A stretch of DNA of 64,000 nucleotides from Candidatus Magasanikbacteria bacterium CG10_big_fil_rev_8_21_14_0_10_36_32 (GCA_002778465.1 PFBV01000003.1:151736-215735); one strand, 5' to 3'; numbered from the stretch's first letter, positions 27,222 through 37,751 are shown. Translations and numbers: made by a program. Notes: generated from the sequence alone by a model not told the origin.

Positions 27222-27758
27222 TTAATTTGTTTTTTCTTCAATTTTTATGTTCTTTGCAACTTGTAAACGACGACGTCCAGTTTTAAAACTTTGCAAAGCT
27301 TCAAAAGTCGCTTTAGCAATAGCAATCTTATTTTTTGTTTTTCCTAAAATTTTTGAAGAAATATTAGGAATACCTGCCAAATCTAAAACCGCTCTAACTG
27401 CCCCACCGGCAATAATACCAGATCCTTCTGGGGCTGGTTTCAACATAATTTTAGCCGCCTTAAATTTAGAATAAACCATATGTGGAATAGTAGCTTTGAC
27501 AATCGGCACAGTAATTATATGTTTACGAGCCTGCTTAACAGATTTTTCTACCCCCAACTGCACATCCTTACCCTTTGCTAATCCAAAACCAACCCTGCCA
27601 TGACGATCTCCCAAAATAACACAAGCTCGAAAACTTAAATGTTTTCCACCCTTAGTTACACGGGTTACTCTTGCTAAATCTAAAATATATTGATCAAATT
27701 CTTTTTTTTCTTCTCTGGGGCGACGATCGCCTCTTCTTCCACCTGATTTATTCATCAT
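27222..27758 (-). CDS. rpsE: 30S ribosomal protein S5
   Basis: RVTRVTKGGK, PAPEGSGIIAGG. Confidence 0.96.
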   Translation of the reverse strand: MMNKSGGRRGDRRPREEKKEFDQYILDLARVTRVTKGGKHLSFRACVILGDRHGRVGFGLAKGKDVQLGVEKSVKQARKHIITVPIVKATIPHMVYSKFKAAKIMLKPAPEGSGIIAGGAVRAVLDLAGIPNISSKILGKTKNKIAIAKATFEALQSFKTGRRRLQVAKNIKIEEKTN

Positions 27759-27770
27759 ACAAATCAAAAA

Positions 27771-28145
27771 TTAAATTTTTAAACCACCATCTCTGGCACC
27801 TTCGGCCACCGCAGCTACTCGGCCATGGTAACTATAACCACCACGATCCAAAATAGCACGAGTAATATTTTTGTCTTTAGCTTTTTCCGCCAACAACTGT
27901 CCGGCTGTATAAGCAACGGCTATTTTGGTTGATTTTCCCTCAACTTTAACCTTCTTTACTTCGTCAGTGGAAACAGCACACAAAGTTTTACCGGTAGTAT
28001 CATCAATTAATTGCAAAATCATCCTTCGTAAACCACGAAATACCGATAAACGCGGACATTCTGCCGTACCGGACAAAACCATTCTAATCCGATGATGACG
28101 AACTTGTCTTAAATTGTTTTTTGTTTTTTTAAATAATCTTCTCAT
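27771..28145 (-). CDS. rplR: 50S ribosomal protein L18
   Basis: PRLSVFR, DRGGYSYHGRV. Confidence 0.96.
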   Translation of the reverse strand: MRRLFKKTKNNLRQVRHHRIRMVLSGTAECPRLSVFRGLRRMILQLIDDTTGKTLCAVSTDEVKKVKVEGKSTKIAVAYTAGQLLAEKAKDKNITRAILDRGGYSYHGRVAAVAEGARDGGLKI

Positions 28146-28165
28146 ACTAATTATTGATATCAAAA

Positions 28166-28714
28166 TTATTTGCTGGATTTTGTTGCTGTCTTGCCGGCTT
28201 TACGACGAATAACTTCATCAACATATTTAATACCTTTACCTTTATAAGGTTCTGGTTTTCTTAAATTTCTAATTTGGGCAGCAGTTTCTCCAACTAATTG
28301 TTTATCAATTCCTGAAACTGTAACTACATTTTTCTCCACAGCAAATTTAATTCCAGCAGGTAATTTAAAAAGTATCGGGTGAGAAAAGCCTAATTCTAAA
28401 TTTAAAGCCTCGCCTTTTAATGACACTTTATAACCAACGCCATTAATTTCCAATTGTTTTTGAAAACCATTTGTTACACCATCAAGCATATTTTCTATTA
28501 AACTGGAAAAAGTGCCCCATAAAGAACGATCTTTTTTGTCTTCTGTATTTACCACCATAACAGCAATTTCTCCGTTATTAATAGAAATAGTAACACGAGG
28601 ATGTATAACTTGGCGTAATTCTCCTTTTGGACCGCGAACAATCAATTCATTACCAGATATTTCCACGGTTACACCTTGCGGAATAGTTCTTATTTTTTTA
28701 CCTATACGCGACAT
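28166..28714 (-). CDS. rplF: 50S ribosomal protein L6
   Basis: MSRIGKK, RKPEPYKGKGIKY. Confidence 0.97.
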   Translation of the reverse strand: MSRIGKKIRTIPQGVTVEISGNELIVRGPKGELRQVIHPRVTISINNGEIAVMVVNTEDKKDRSLWGTFSSLIENMLDGVTNGFQKQLEINGVGYKVSLKGEALNLELGFSHPILFKLPAGIKFAVEKNVVTVSGIDKQLVGETAAQIRNLRKPEPYKGKGIKYVDEVIRRKAGKTATKSSK

Positions 28715-28734
28715 ACATTTATGCTTAAAACTGA

Positions 28735-29124
28735 TTAGTAAACTTCACATAATAATTCTCCACCTATTTTTGCATGATACGCTTCCAGACCTGTCATTAC
28801 TCCCTTGGGGGTGGACACTATTGATAAACCAAACCCATTTAACACTTTAGCTATTTCATCTTTTTTAACATAACGACGATGTCCCGGTCTACTGATTCGC
28901 TTTAATTCATGAACCGCCGGTTCACCAGCTTCGTATTTTAATTTAAAAATCAATTCGGGCTTGGTCCCAGATGTTTTTTCAATATTTTCCAAATAGCCTT
29001 CCCTTACCAAAATATCACCTACGGCCATTTTAATATTGGAAAATGGCAAAATAACTTCTTTTTTGTGAACTAAAGAAGCATTGCGAATTCTAGTAAGCAT
29101 GTCAGCAATCGGGTCAGTCATCAT
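28735..29124 (-). CDS. rpsH: 30S ribosomal protein S8
   Basis: DPIADMLTRIRNA, STPKGVM, GGELLC. Confidence 0.97.
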   Translation of the reverse strand: MMTDPIADMLTRIRNASLVHKKEVILPFSNIKMAVGDILVREGYLENIEKTSGTKPELIFKLKYEAGEPAVHELKRISRPGHRRYVKKDEIAKVLNGFGLSIVSTPKGVMTGLEAYHAKIGGELLCEVY

Positions 29125-29164
29125 AGCTTTATAAAATTATTATTGATAATTAAATTAAATATTT

Positions 29165-29350
29165 TTACCAACTTGATTTTCTTACACCTGGAATTTTTCC
29201 ATCATTAGCCAGTTCGCGGAAACAAATACGACACAAGCCAAAACATCCCATAAAACCATGTTGGCGTCCGCATTTCCAACAACGACGAACAATACGTGTA
29301 GAAAATTTCGGTTTGCGGTTTGATTTTGCGATTTGTGATTCTGTAGCCAT
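29165..29350 (-). CDS. rpsN: 30S ribosomal protein S14, Zn-binding type
   Basis: RCWKCGR..LCRICFRELA..IPGVRKSSW. Confidence 0.96.
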   Translation of the reverse strand: MATESQIAKSNRKPKFSTRIVRRCWKCGRQHGFMGCFGLCRICFRELANDGKIPGVRKSSW

Positions 29351-29354
29351 ACAA

Positions 29355-29894
29355 TTACTTTACAAAAGGAAATCCTAAATGAGTTAATAAAGCCCTACCC
29401 TCTTGGGCACTTTTAGTGGTGGAATTAATTGTTATTTCCATTCCATGCGACTTGTCTAATTCACCTGATTTTATTTCCGGAAAAGACATATTTTCCTTAA
29501 AACCAATGGTAAAATTACCTTGCTTATCAAAACCCTTGTCAGAAATTCCATGAAAATCTCTCATACGAGGAAATGTGACATTTAATAATTTTTCCAAAAA
29601 ATAATACATTCTTGGTCCGCGCATGGTAACCACCACGCCAATTTCCATACCTTCACGAATTTTAAAATTAGAAATAGCTTTTTTAGCTTTAGTGCGAACC
29701 GTTTTTTGACCGGTAATTTTTACCAAATTTTTTTCCACATTTTCAATATAATTTGGTTCTTTCAAAAAACGACCAACACCAACATTAATAACGACTTTTT
29801 TAATTTTCGGCACTTCCATTAAACTTTTATAACCCATCTCTTTCATCAAAGCCGGAACTACTTCTTTTTTGTATTTTTCGTATAAATTATTCAT
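29355..29894 (-). CDS. rplE: 50S ribosomal protein L5
   Basis: VPKIKKVVINVGVG, ITGQK, FKIREG; start MNNLYEK. Confidence 0.97.
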   Translation of the reverse strand: MNNLYEKYKKEVVPALMKEMGYKSLMEVPKIKKVVINVGVGRFLKEPNYIENVEKNLVKITGQKTVRTKAKKAISNFKIREGMEIGVVVTMRGPRMYYFLEKLLNVTFPRMRDFHGISDKGFDKQGNFTIGFKENMSFPEIKSGELDKSHGMEITINSTTKSAQEGRALLTHLGFPFVK

Positions 29895-29898
29895 ATTT

Positions 29899-30207
29899 TT
29901 AATCAATAAACTCATTGCATTGGCGGCAAACTCGTTTTTTTGTTTTACCGTCAACTTTATAACCAACACGCACGACCTTAGCACATTTTGGACAAATTAA
30001 CATAACATTACTGATATTCATCGGAGCAGCCAATTCAATTACTTGTCCTTTTTCTCCGCGTTTTTGCGGACGTAAATGTTTCTTCATTATATGTAAACCT
30101 TCTACTACTACCCTATCAGAATCTGAAAAAACCTGTATAACCTTCCCCTCTTTTCCTCGATCTTTGCCGGTAATAGCTTTAACTTTGTCATTAACTTTAA
30201 TTTTCAT
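29899..30207 (-). CDS. rplX: 50S ribosomal protein L24
   Basis: KOW motif GKDRGKEGKV, APMNISNV. Confidence 0.96.
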   Translation of the reverse strand: MKIKVNDKVKAITGKDRGKEGKVIQVFSDSDRVVVEGLHIMKKHLRPQKRGEKGQVIELAAPMNISNVMLICPKCAKVVRVGYKVDGKTKKRVCRQCNEFID

Positions 30208-30242
30208 ATTTATATTTTATAATTTTCGTAATTTCCATGTAA

Positions 30243-30614
30243 TTATAATACTTCCGGAGCTAAAGAAATAATTTTTTGAAAACCCTTCGTTCTTAATTCA
30301 CGAGCAACCGGTCCGAAAATACGAGAACCCTTTGGTTCTTTGGTTTTTCTGTCAACAATAACAGCAGCATTTTCATCAAAACGAATATAAGTTCCATCTT
30401 TGCGTCTAATTTCTTTTTTTTGACGAACTATAACTGCATGGACCACTTCACTTTTTCTAATTAAACCTCTTGGTGCGGCTTTTTTTACGGCACAAGTAAC
30501 AATGTCGCCAATAATCGCATATCTCTTTTTGTAACCGCCGAGTACACGAATACACTGGAGCAATTTCGCTCCTGTATTATCCGCTACCGCTATCATTGTG
30601 CGATGTTGTAACAT
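30243..30614 (-). CDS. rplN: 50S ribosomal protein L14
   Basis: [31 protein letters not shown]. Confidence 0.98.
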   Translation of the reverse strand: MLQHRTMIAVADNTGAKLLQCIRVLGGYKKRYAIIGDIVTCAVKKAAPRGLIRKSEVVHAVIVRQKKEIRRKDGTYIRFDENAAVIVDRKTKEPKGSRIFGPVARELRTKGFQKIISLAPEVL

Positions 30615-30636
30615 ATTCTTCTAATTTATCGATAAA

Positions 30637-30906
30637 TTATTTCTGATTCAAAATTTTAACCAATCTCCAACGTTTGGTCTTTGATATTGGACGACATTCA
30701 ACAAATACTACTTTATCACCCATTTTAGCTTCTGATTTTTCATCATGAACATGATATTTTTTATTAACCCGATAAAACTTCTTGTATTTCGGGTGTAATT
30801 TTCTGTTCTCAACATTTACTGTAATAGTTTTATTCATAGCAACAGAAACAGTCTCTCCTGTTAATTCACGTTTTATCTTTTTGATTGTTTTTAAATCTTG
30901 ATCCAT
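30637..30906 (-). CDS. rpsQ: 30S ribosomal protein S17
   Basis: HPKYKK, HDE, ECRPISKTKRW. Confidence 0.96.
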   Translation of the reverse strand: MDQDLKTIKKIKRELTGETVSVAMNKTITVNVENRKLHPKYKKFYRVNKKYHVHDEKSEAKMGDKVVFVECRPISKTKRWRLVKILNQK

Positions 30907-30923
30907 AATAATCAAATTATTTT

Positions 30924-31109
30924 TTAAATCGCTTTGGTTAACACAGTGTTAATTCTGGCAATAATTTTTTTGACAATTTTTATTTTATTAACTTGTTTTA
31001 ATTGTTGACTCTGTATTTTAAAACGCAACTGGCGCAATTCATTTTTTTGCTCCGTTAATAAAGCTTGTAATTCTTTTTTGCTTTTATTTTTAATTTCAGA
31101 AAAATCCAT
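30924..31109 (-). CDS. rpmC: 50S ribosomal protein L29
   Basis: ELRQLRF..IARINT; position between rplP and rpsQ. Confidence 0.92.
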   Translation of the reverse strand: MDFSEIKNKSKKELQALLTEQKNELRQLRFKIQSQQLKQVNKIKIVKKIIARINTVLTKAI

Positions 31110-31119
31110 ATTATCAAAT

Positions 31120-31533
31120 TTATTTTTTTTCAATATATTTAGTTCTTACGCTAATTTTATAACCAGCCATTTTCATCGCATCCATTGCTGATTCTTTTGT
31201 AATACCGCCCATTTCAAACAATATCGTACCCGGTTTCACTACACAAATATAATGATCCGGTGCGCCTTTACCTCCACCCATCGGCGTTTCATTGCCTTTT
31301 TTGGTAACTGGCTTATCTGGAAATATTCTAATCCAAATTTTTCCACCGCGGCGGACATAACGAGTCAAAACACGACGAGCTGCTTCAATTTGACGACTGG
31401 AAATCCATCCGTGTCCTCCGCTTTTTAAACCAAATTCACCAAAAGATAACGTATTGGTACGTGTCGCCACTCCTTCTTGACGACGGCGGCCTTTATGCCA
31501 CTTGCGGTGTTTTACTTTTTTAGGTAACAACAT
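31120..31533 (-). CDS. rplP: 50S ribosomal protein L16
   Basis: [29 protein letters not shown]. Confidence 0.97.
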   Translation of the reverse strand: MLLPKKVKHRKWHKGRRRQEGVATRTNTLSFGEFGLKSGGHGWISSRQIEAARRVLTRYVRRGGKIWIRIFPDKPVTKKGNETPMGGGKGAPDHYICVVKPGTILFEMGGITKESAMDAMKMAGYKISVRTKYIEKK

Positions 31534-31550
31534 AAAAAATCAAAAATATT

Positions 31551-32228
31551 TTACTCTTTTTCTTCAGTTTTTTTAGCAAATTTATCCCGTCGGCCAAAAA
31601 CCTCTCCATGATAAACCCAAACTTTAATACCTATTTTTCCATAAATCGTGTGAGCCTCAACAAAAGCATAGTCAACATCACTGCGCAACGTGATTAAAGA
31701 CATTTTACCCGCACCCAAAACTTCCCTTCTGGCAATTTCCACACCATTCAAACGACCGGACATTTTAATTTTAACTCCGCGCGCGCCAGCGGCCATTACT
31801 TTCTCAATCGCGTGTTTCATTACACGTCGGAAAGGCATACGTTTTTCAATTTCTGAAACAAGATTCTGTCCGATAATCTGAGCTGATAGGGCCGGTTGTT
31901 TTACCGGTTGAATATTAAGTTTTACTTTTATTTTTCCTTGTAAACATTTTTTTTCAATTTCTTTTCTCAAAATATCCAAACCTTGTCCACTGCGTCCAAT
32001 AATTACACCTGGTTTGGCTGCTAAAATAAAAATTTGCAATTCCTTTGGTGTTCTTTCAATACTAATAGCATCAATCCCCGCCTCTTTCAATTTAACGGCT
32101 AATAATTTACGAATTTCCACTTCTTGTTTCAAAACCTGAGGAAAATTTTCTTTTTTCGCATACCATTTTGAATCCCACGGATAAATGAAAGGAGTGCGAT
32201 AAATTTTTGGATGTACTTTGTGACCCAT
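31551..32228 (-). CDS. rpsC: 30S ribosomal protein S3
   Basis: MGHKVHP, PGVIIGRSG, SGRLNGVEIAR. Confidence 0.97.
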   Translation of the reverse strand: MGHKVHPKIYRTPFIYPWDSKWYAKKENFPQVLKQEVEIRKLLAVKLKEAGIDAISIERTPKELQIFILAAKPGVIIGRSGQGLDILRKEIEKKCLQGKIKVKLNIQPVKQPALSAQIIGQNLVSEIEKRMPFRRVMKHAIEKVMAAGARGVKIKMSGRLNGVEIARREVLGAGKMSLITLRSDVDYAFVEAHTIYGKIGIKVWVYHGEVFGRRDKFAKKTEEKE

Positions 32229-32237
32229 AGAAAATTA

Positions 32238-32636
32238 TTATTTTTTTGTTTTAACTTTTTTTGCTTCAACTTTTTTTGTTTTAACTTTTTTTGCTTCAAC
32301 TTTTTCTTCAATTAAAACCAAATTGATATGGGAGGTTCTTTCTCTAATCGGGGTAGCACGTCCATGAGCTTTAGGCATCCATCGTTTCAAAACAGGACCA
32401 CCGTCTACGGTAATACTCTTCACTCGTAAATTATCAACTTCCAATTGAAAATTGTTTTTAGCATTTGCAACAGCTGATTTTAATAATTTCAACAAATATC
32501 TGGCCGCTTTTTTATTCATTAAAGACAAGCGGTCAATCGCTGTTGAAACTTTCCTTCCACGCATTAAATCAGCGACTAGTCTGACTTTTCGCGGACCCAT
32601 TCTTAAAAAACTTAATTTTGCTTTTACTTCCTGCAT
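32238..32636 (-). CDS. rplV: 50S ribosomal protein L22 with duplicated basic tail
   Basis: PRKVRLVAD, SAVANA, VDGGP..KR..AHGRA..TSHI. Confidence 0.96.
   Translation of the reverse strand: MQEVKAKLSFLRMGPRKVRLVADLMRGRKVSTAIDRLSLMNKKAARYLLKLLKSAVANAKNNFQLEVDNLRVKSITVDGGPVLKRWMPKAHGRATPIRERTSHINLVLIEEKVEAKKVKTKKVEAKKVKTKK
32241..32300. repeat. Perfect 30-bp tandem duplication at the 3' end of rplV
   Basis: (tttttttgttttaactttttttgcttcaac)x2, encoding VEAKKVKTKK twice. Confidence 0.9.
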
Positions 32637-32646
32637 ATTATTTTAA

Positions 32647-32961
32647 TTATTTTTTAGGCGCTGAAGATGAAGCATTGGCTGCCGCTTCCTGCTCTTTAGC
32701 CATCTTACCACCATGTCTGGTAAATTTACGGGTTGGCGAAAATTCACCCAACCGATGACCTACCATATTTTCATCCACAAACACACTAATAAAATCTTTT
32801 CCATTATGAACCAAAAAAGTCATTCCGACCATTTCCGGAGAAATAACACAAGCACGTGACCAAGTTTTTATTGGTTGGCGTTTTCCGGTGGCTTTCAAAG
32901 CAGCCACTTTTTTCAAAACTCGCGGATCAAGATAAGGTCCTTTTTTTAAACTTCTAGACAT
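32647..32961 (-). CDS. rpsS: 30S ribosomal protein S19
   Basis: [29 protein letters not shown]. Confidence 0.97.
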   Translation of the reverse strand: MSRSLKKGPYLDPRVLKKVAALKATGKRQPIKTWSRACVISPEMVGMTFLVHNGKDFISVFVDENMVGHRLGEFSPTRKFTRHGGKMAKEQEAAANASSSAPKK

Positions 32962-32967
32962 ACTTAT

Positions 32968-33804
32968 TTATTTGCGTCGTGATTTAATAATAAATTTATT
33001 ACTCCATTTTTCCGGTTTTCTGGTACGCACACCCATAGCAGTTTTTCCGTAAACAGTTTGCGGACCACGTTTCTGACCAATCGGACTATGACCTTCACCA
33101 CCACCATGCGGATGATCAACCGGATTCATATTTTTACCTTTAACAGTCGGTTTAATACCACGGTGGCGCATTCTTCCGGCTTTACCCCAACGAATCAAAC
33201 GTCGATCTGAATTTCCCAAAACACCAACAGAGGCGGATCCTTTTTTTAATACAGCTCTGATTTCTCCGGATGGTAATTTAATTTGAGCATATTCTCCTTC
33301 AAAACCAACCAATTGGGCGGACATTCCTGCTGAACGAACTAATTGTCCTCCTTTGCCAGGAGTTAATTCAATGTTATATACAAATAAACCAGTGGGAATA
33401 TTCATCAACGGCATCCGGCAACCATTCTTAGTTTCAATTGTTTTGTCGGATGACATTACTTTATCGCCCACTTTTAAATTTGTCGGGCATAAAATATATG
33501 ATTTAGTTCCATCATCATATTTTATTAAAGCAATACGCGGACTGCGATTCGGATCATATTCAATAGCTAATACTTCAGCCGAAATATCAAATTTTTGTCG
33601 TTTAAAATCAACCAAACGATAAAATTTCTTAGCACCACCACTTTTATGTCGAACGGTAATAATTCCTTGATTATTACGACCGGATTGCGGACGCAAAATG
33701 CGAATCAATGATTTTTCTGGTTCTTTTTTTGTAACATCAGAAAAAGAATCAACACTTGAAAAGCGTCGTCCCGGAGTGGTTGGTTTGTAAACTTTAACTG
33801 GCAT
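32968..33804 (-). CDS. rplB: 50S ribosomal protein L2
   Basis: GRNNQG, EYDPNRS, MNPVDHPHGGGEG. Confidence 0.98.
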   Translation of the reverse strand: MPVKVYKPTTPGRRFSSVDSFSDVTKKEPEKSLIRILRPQSGRNNQGIITVRHKSGGAKKFYRLVDFKRQKFDISAEVLAIEYDPNRSPRIALIKYDDGTKSYILCPTNLKVGDKVMSSDKTIETKNGCRMPLMNIPTGLFVYNIELTPGKGGQLVRSAGMSAQLVGFEGEYAQIKLPSGEIRAVLKKGSASVGVLGNSDRRLIRWGKAGRMRHRGIKPTVKGKNMNPVDHPHGGGEGHSPIGQKRGPQTVYGKTAMGVRTRKPEKWSNKFIIKSRRK

Positions 33805-33831
33805 ATTATTTAAAATGTTTTATTTTTGTTT

Positions 33832-34269
33832 TTATACTCCTTCGTGAATAGTAATTGTTTTTCCAATCGGCAAAGTCACCAAGGCTTTTTTATAATCAGA
33901 ACGACGTCCATTGTTACGTCCAAATCTGACACTTTTACCTTGAACATTAACCATATTTACTGCAATTGGTTTTATGCCGTACAATTCATTAACTGCTCGT
34001 TTTATCTGTTCTTTCGTAGCTTGTCTGGACACTATAAAACCATATTTATTCAAACTCTCCATAACCGCTGTTTTTTCGGTTACCAAAGGTTTAATAATAA
34101 TTTTTTCAGCCAACAAACCAGCGGCTTTTTGTTCTGATTTTTCCTTTTTCGTTTCATTTTCAACGATAGCCTCTTTAATTTTTTCTTTTTGAACTTTCGG
34201 TGTTTTGGCCGATTTGACAGTTCTGGCTTTCTTTTCTTCTTGTTTTTTCCAGCGATCTAATAAACCCAT
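33832..34269 (-). CDS. rplW: 50S ribosomal protein L23 with charged N-terminal extension
   Basis: PLVTEK, ATKEQIKRAV, YKKALVTL. Confidence 0.93.
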   Translation of the reverse strand: MGLLDRWKKQEEKKARTVKSAKTPKVQKEKIKEAIVENETKKEKSEQKAAGLLAEKIIIKPLVTEKTAVMESLNKYGFIVSRQATKEQIKRAVNELYGIKPIAVNMVNVQGKSVRFGRNNGRRSDYKKALVTLPIGKTITIHEGV

Positions 34270-34289
34270 ATTTCTAAAATTATTTGAAA

Positions 34290-34919
34290 TTATTTGCTAA
34301 AAACTTCTTCTATTTTTTTAACAGCATCTTTACTGGCTACTACTGCGCTATTCTTTAACAATTCCATAACATTAATATCTTCAGCTCGCATAGTTTCCAC
34401 TTTTGGTAAATTTTTTGTCATTCGAATAACTTTAATATCTTTACCGGCGGTTAAAACTAAAACAGTTTTTGTTTTTATTGGTAATTCTTTTAAGAAAGCG
34501 GCAAATACTTTTGTTTTCTGATCGGTAAAATTAAAATCTTCAATAACTAGTAATGTTTCGTTTTGAGCTTTGTCAGTCAAGCACATTTTAATGGCTGAAC
34601 GACGAATTTTTTTATTAATTTTTGTTTTATAATTTCTAGTTGATAAAGGACCAAAAGTCACACCTCCGCCCTTCCAAATAGGAGAACGAATTGAACCATG
34701 TCTAGCTCTTCCAGTACCTTTCTGGGCCCACGGTTTTTTACCACCACCACTTACTTCGCCTTTTGTCTTGGTGTCAGCCCAAGGTTCGCGCTGATTATTG
34801 GTTTGTTGGACAAAAACTGTGTGAACAATTTCCGGTTTTATCGCAACATTAAACACAACATCCGAAACTTCCATTGTGCCGATTGATTTTCCAGTTAAAT
34901 TGTAAACTTTTAATTTCAT
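34290..34919 (-). CDS. rplD: 50S ribosomal protein L4
   Basis: EVSGGGKKPWAQKGTGRARHGSIRSP. Confidence 0.97.
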   Translation of the reverse strand: MKLKVYNLTGKSIGTMEVSDVVFNVAIKPEIVHTVFVQQTNNQREPWADTKTKGEVSGGGKKPWAQKGTGRARHGSIRSPIWKGGGVTFGPLSTRNYKTKINKKIRRSAIKMCLTDKAQNETLLVIEDFNFTDQKTKVFAAFLKELPIKTKTVLVLTAGKDIKVIRMTKNLPKVETMRAEDINVMELLKNSAVVASKDAVKKIEEVFSK

Positions 34920-34945
34920 ATTTTTTTCAAAAACTAAATCGGAAA

Positions 34946-35677
34946 TTAATTGTCTTTATTTTCCGTATTTTCTTCCACTTTGATTTCTTCTGCTGTCGGG
35001 GTTTCTGTTACCAGAGTTTCTGTTACCGGAGTTTCAACACTATTCTTCTTCTCTACTTTCAATTCACCAGGACCGATAATAATAACTGTAGCATTTCTTC
35101 CTCCCGGCAAAGCGCCTTTAACTAAAATTTCATTTTCTGATGGATTAACTTGGACAATTTCTAAATTCTTAACCGTCACTTGTTGTCCACCCATTCTTCC
35201 AGCCATACGCATTCCTTTGAAGACACGTTGTACACCGCCCGCGCCAATACTGCCTGGAGCACGTAAATTATCTTTATGTCCGTGAGAAGCAGGACCACCG
35301 GCAAAATGATGACGTTTAACCACACCCGCAAAACCTTTGCCTTTAGAAATTCCTATTACTTCCACAACATCTCCCACATCAAAAGTGGAAACTGTAACAT
35401 CATCACCTCTTTGCCAATCACCAATTTTATCCACAGAAAAGTCATGTAAAACACGGACGGGTCTCAAATCTTTCAAATGTCCGGCTTGTGGTTTTTTTAA
35501 ACGAAAAGCTTTAACTTCATTAAAACCAAGCTGCACAGCAGACTGTTGTTTATTTCCTCCAATTTTAATTTGCGTGATTTGGCATGGTCCGGCCTGAACT
35601 TTGGTAACCGGAACTACTTCGCCAGTCGGCGAAAATACCTGGGTCATGCAAATTTTCTTTCCTAAAATAAATTTCAT
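34946..35677 (-). CDS. rplC: 50S ribosomal protein L3
   Basis: SKGKGFAGVVKRH, RAPGSIG, GMRMAGRMG; acidic tail. Confidence 0.97.
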   Translation of the reverse strand: MKFILGKKICMTQVFSPTGEVVPVTKVQAGPCQITQIKIGGNKQQSAVQLGFNEVKAFRLKKPQAGHLKDLRPVRVLHDFSVDKIGDWQRGDDVTVSTFDVGDVVEVIGISKGKGFAGVVKRHHFAGGPASHGHKDNLRAPGSIGAGGVQRVFKGMRMAGRMGGQQVTVKNLEIVQVNPSENEILVKGALPGGRNATVIIIGPGELKVEKKNSVETPVTETLVTETPTAEEIKVEENTENKDN

Positions 35678-36065
35678 ATGTTTAATCGTCATTGCTCCAT
35701 ATTCTGATTTTCATCAGAACTCCCATCCCTGAGATGGAGATAACTTATTAAATTATTCTTCTAACAAAAAACTAGAAGCAGCAACATCGAATTAACAAAA
35801 AAATTATGATGTTCTTGCTTCTAGCCTTTTTCGCAAATGCGAACCCTTTTTCAAAAAATATTTGATTCAGGTTTATTTCTTAAAAATTTAAGAAATAAAA
35901 ATTGGCTTTTATTATTAATTTTCAATATGTTTTCTCCCTGCTTTTCCGTTATGCTTAAATGTTTTTTGATCCCGAATATCGGAATACAAATCTTATTTAT
36001 TTAAAACGGTCAGCAAATTTCTTATAGAGCTTACTCTGTTTTAAAAAATCTGTCAAGCCCTTGCT

Positions 36066-36407
36066 TTACATTTTAATTTCAACATCAACACCCGCCGGTA
36101 AACTCAAACTCATAAGGGCATCAACGCATTTTGGTGAAGCGTTCAGAATATCAATCAAACGTTTATGAGTACGCATTTCAAATTGTTCGCGCGCATTCTT
36201 ATGAACAAAAGTTGAACGATTGACTGTGAAAATATTTTTCTCAGTCGGCAATGGAACAGGACCAACCACTGTAGCTTCGTTGCGCTCAGCGGTATCAATT
36301 ATGGTCTTGGTAGCCTGATCAATAACTTTATTGTCATAAGCGCGAATTTTTATGCGAATTCGACTTATTTCACCAGTTTTTTTAGTTGTCGCAGTAGCTG
36401 CTTTCAT
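36066..36407 (-). CDS. rpsJ: 30S ribosomal protein S10
   Basis: IRIKIRAYD, GPVPLPT, REQFEMRTHKRLIDI. Confidence 0.97.
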   Translation of the reverse strand: MKAATATTKKTGEISRIRIKIRAYDNKVIDQATKTIIDTAERNEATVVGPVPLPTEKNIFTVNRSTFVHKNAREQFEMRTHKRLIDILNASPKCVDALMSLSLPAGVDVEIKM

Positions 36408-36472
36408 GTTTTTTAATTCAATGGACTAAAGAACTTTTGTTAAATTAGATAAATCTCATATTATCTGCGTTC

Positions 36473-36501
36473 CGCTCGGAAATGAAAATAAATTTTCATT
36501 T
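36473..36501 (+). repeat. Dispersed palindromic repeat (copy in tuf-rpsJ spacer)
   Basis: cgctcggaaatgaaaataaattttcattt; exact reverse complement at 43360-43388. Confidence 0.85.
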
Positions 36502-36560
36502 CACTCGCTTCACTTGATAACAGAAAAGGGGGTGTTTTGGTTATACACCCCCCATCTACT

Positions 36561-37751
36561 TTATTTAATAATTTTACTTACCACAGCGGCGCCAACAGTG
36601 CGTCCGCCTTCGCGAATAGCGAATTTCATTTTTTCTTCAATAGCAACCGGTTTAATTAATTTGATAATCAAATTAACGGTATCGCCAGGCATAACCATTT
36701 CTGTGCCGGCCGGTAAAGTGACTTCACCGGTAACATCGGTTGTTCGGACATAAAATTGTGGTTTATATCCATTAAAAAACGGTTTGTGACGACCACCTTC
36801 TTCTTTGTTCAATACGTAAACTTGAGCTTCAAATTCAGTGTGTGGAGTAATAGAACCCGGTTTAGCCAAAACCATACCACGTTCAACTTCTTCTTTCTTA
36901 ACACCACGAAGCAAGATGCCGGCATTATCACCAGCTTGACCTTCTTTCAAGCTCTTGTTAAACATTTCAATACCGGTAACCACTGTCTTTTGTGGTTCAT
37001 CGGTCAAACCAACGATAGAAATTTCATCGTTGACATGAATAACACCGCGATCAATACGACCGGTTACAACGGTACCGCGGCCTTCAATAGAGAAGACATC
37101 TTCAACGGCCATCAAAAACGGCTTATCAATTTCACGTTGCGGATCCGGGATATATTCATCTAATGTTTTCAAAAGTTCTAAAACAGGTTTAGTTACTTCT
37201 TCATCAGTCGGATTTTCCAAAGCTTTTAAGGCTGAACCACGGATAATTGGAGTGGTATCACCAGGAAATTCATATTTATTTAACAAATCACGAACTTCGG
37301 CTTCAACCAAATCAATCAATTCCGGATCGGAAACTTGATCAACTTTGTTCAAAAACACAACAATGCGAGGCACACCAACTTGGCGAGACAACAAAATGTG
37401 TTCGCGAGTCTGTGGCATCGGACCATCGGCGGCTGACACAACAACAATCGCGCAGTCCATCTGGGCGGCGCCGGTAATCATGTTTTTGATATAATCGGCA
37501 TGGCCCGGACAATCTACATGAGCATAATGTCGTTTTTCGGTTTCATATTCCACATGAGCAGTGGAAATAGTAATACCGCGGGATTTTGATTCTGGAGCTT
37601 TGTCCAAATCTTCAACACCCTTTTTTTGCGCAGTCATTCCGCGCGCGTTCATCACCTGCAAAATTGCAGCGGTAAGAGTAGTCTTACCATGGTCAACGTG
37701 GCCAATAGTACCAACGTTAACGTGCGGCTTGTTTCTCAAAAACTCAGCCAT
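36561..37751 (-). CDS. tuf: Elongation factor Tu
   Basis: [29 protein letters not shown]. Confidence 0.99.
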   Translation of the reverse strand: MAEFLRNKPHVNVGTIGHVDHGKTTLTAAILQVMNARGMTAQKKGVEDLDKAPESKSRGITISTAHVEYETEKRHYAHVDCPGHADYIKNMITGAAQMDCAIVVVSAADGPMPQTREHILLSRQVGVPRIVVFLNKVDQVSDPELIDLVEAEVRDLLNKYEFPGDTTPIIRGSALKALENPTDEEVTKPVLELLKTLDEYIPDPQREIDKPFLMAVEDVFSIEGRGTVVTGRIDRGVIHVNDEISIVGLTDEPQKTVVTGIEMFNKSLKEGQAGDNAGILLRGVKKEEVERGMVLAKPGSITPHTEFEAQVYVLNKEEGGRHKPFFNGYKPQFYVRTTDVTGEVTLPAGTEMVMPGDTVNLIIKLIKPVAIEEKMKFAIREGGRTVGAAVVSKIIK

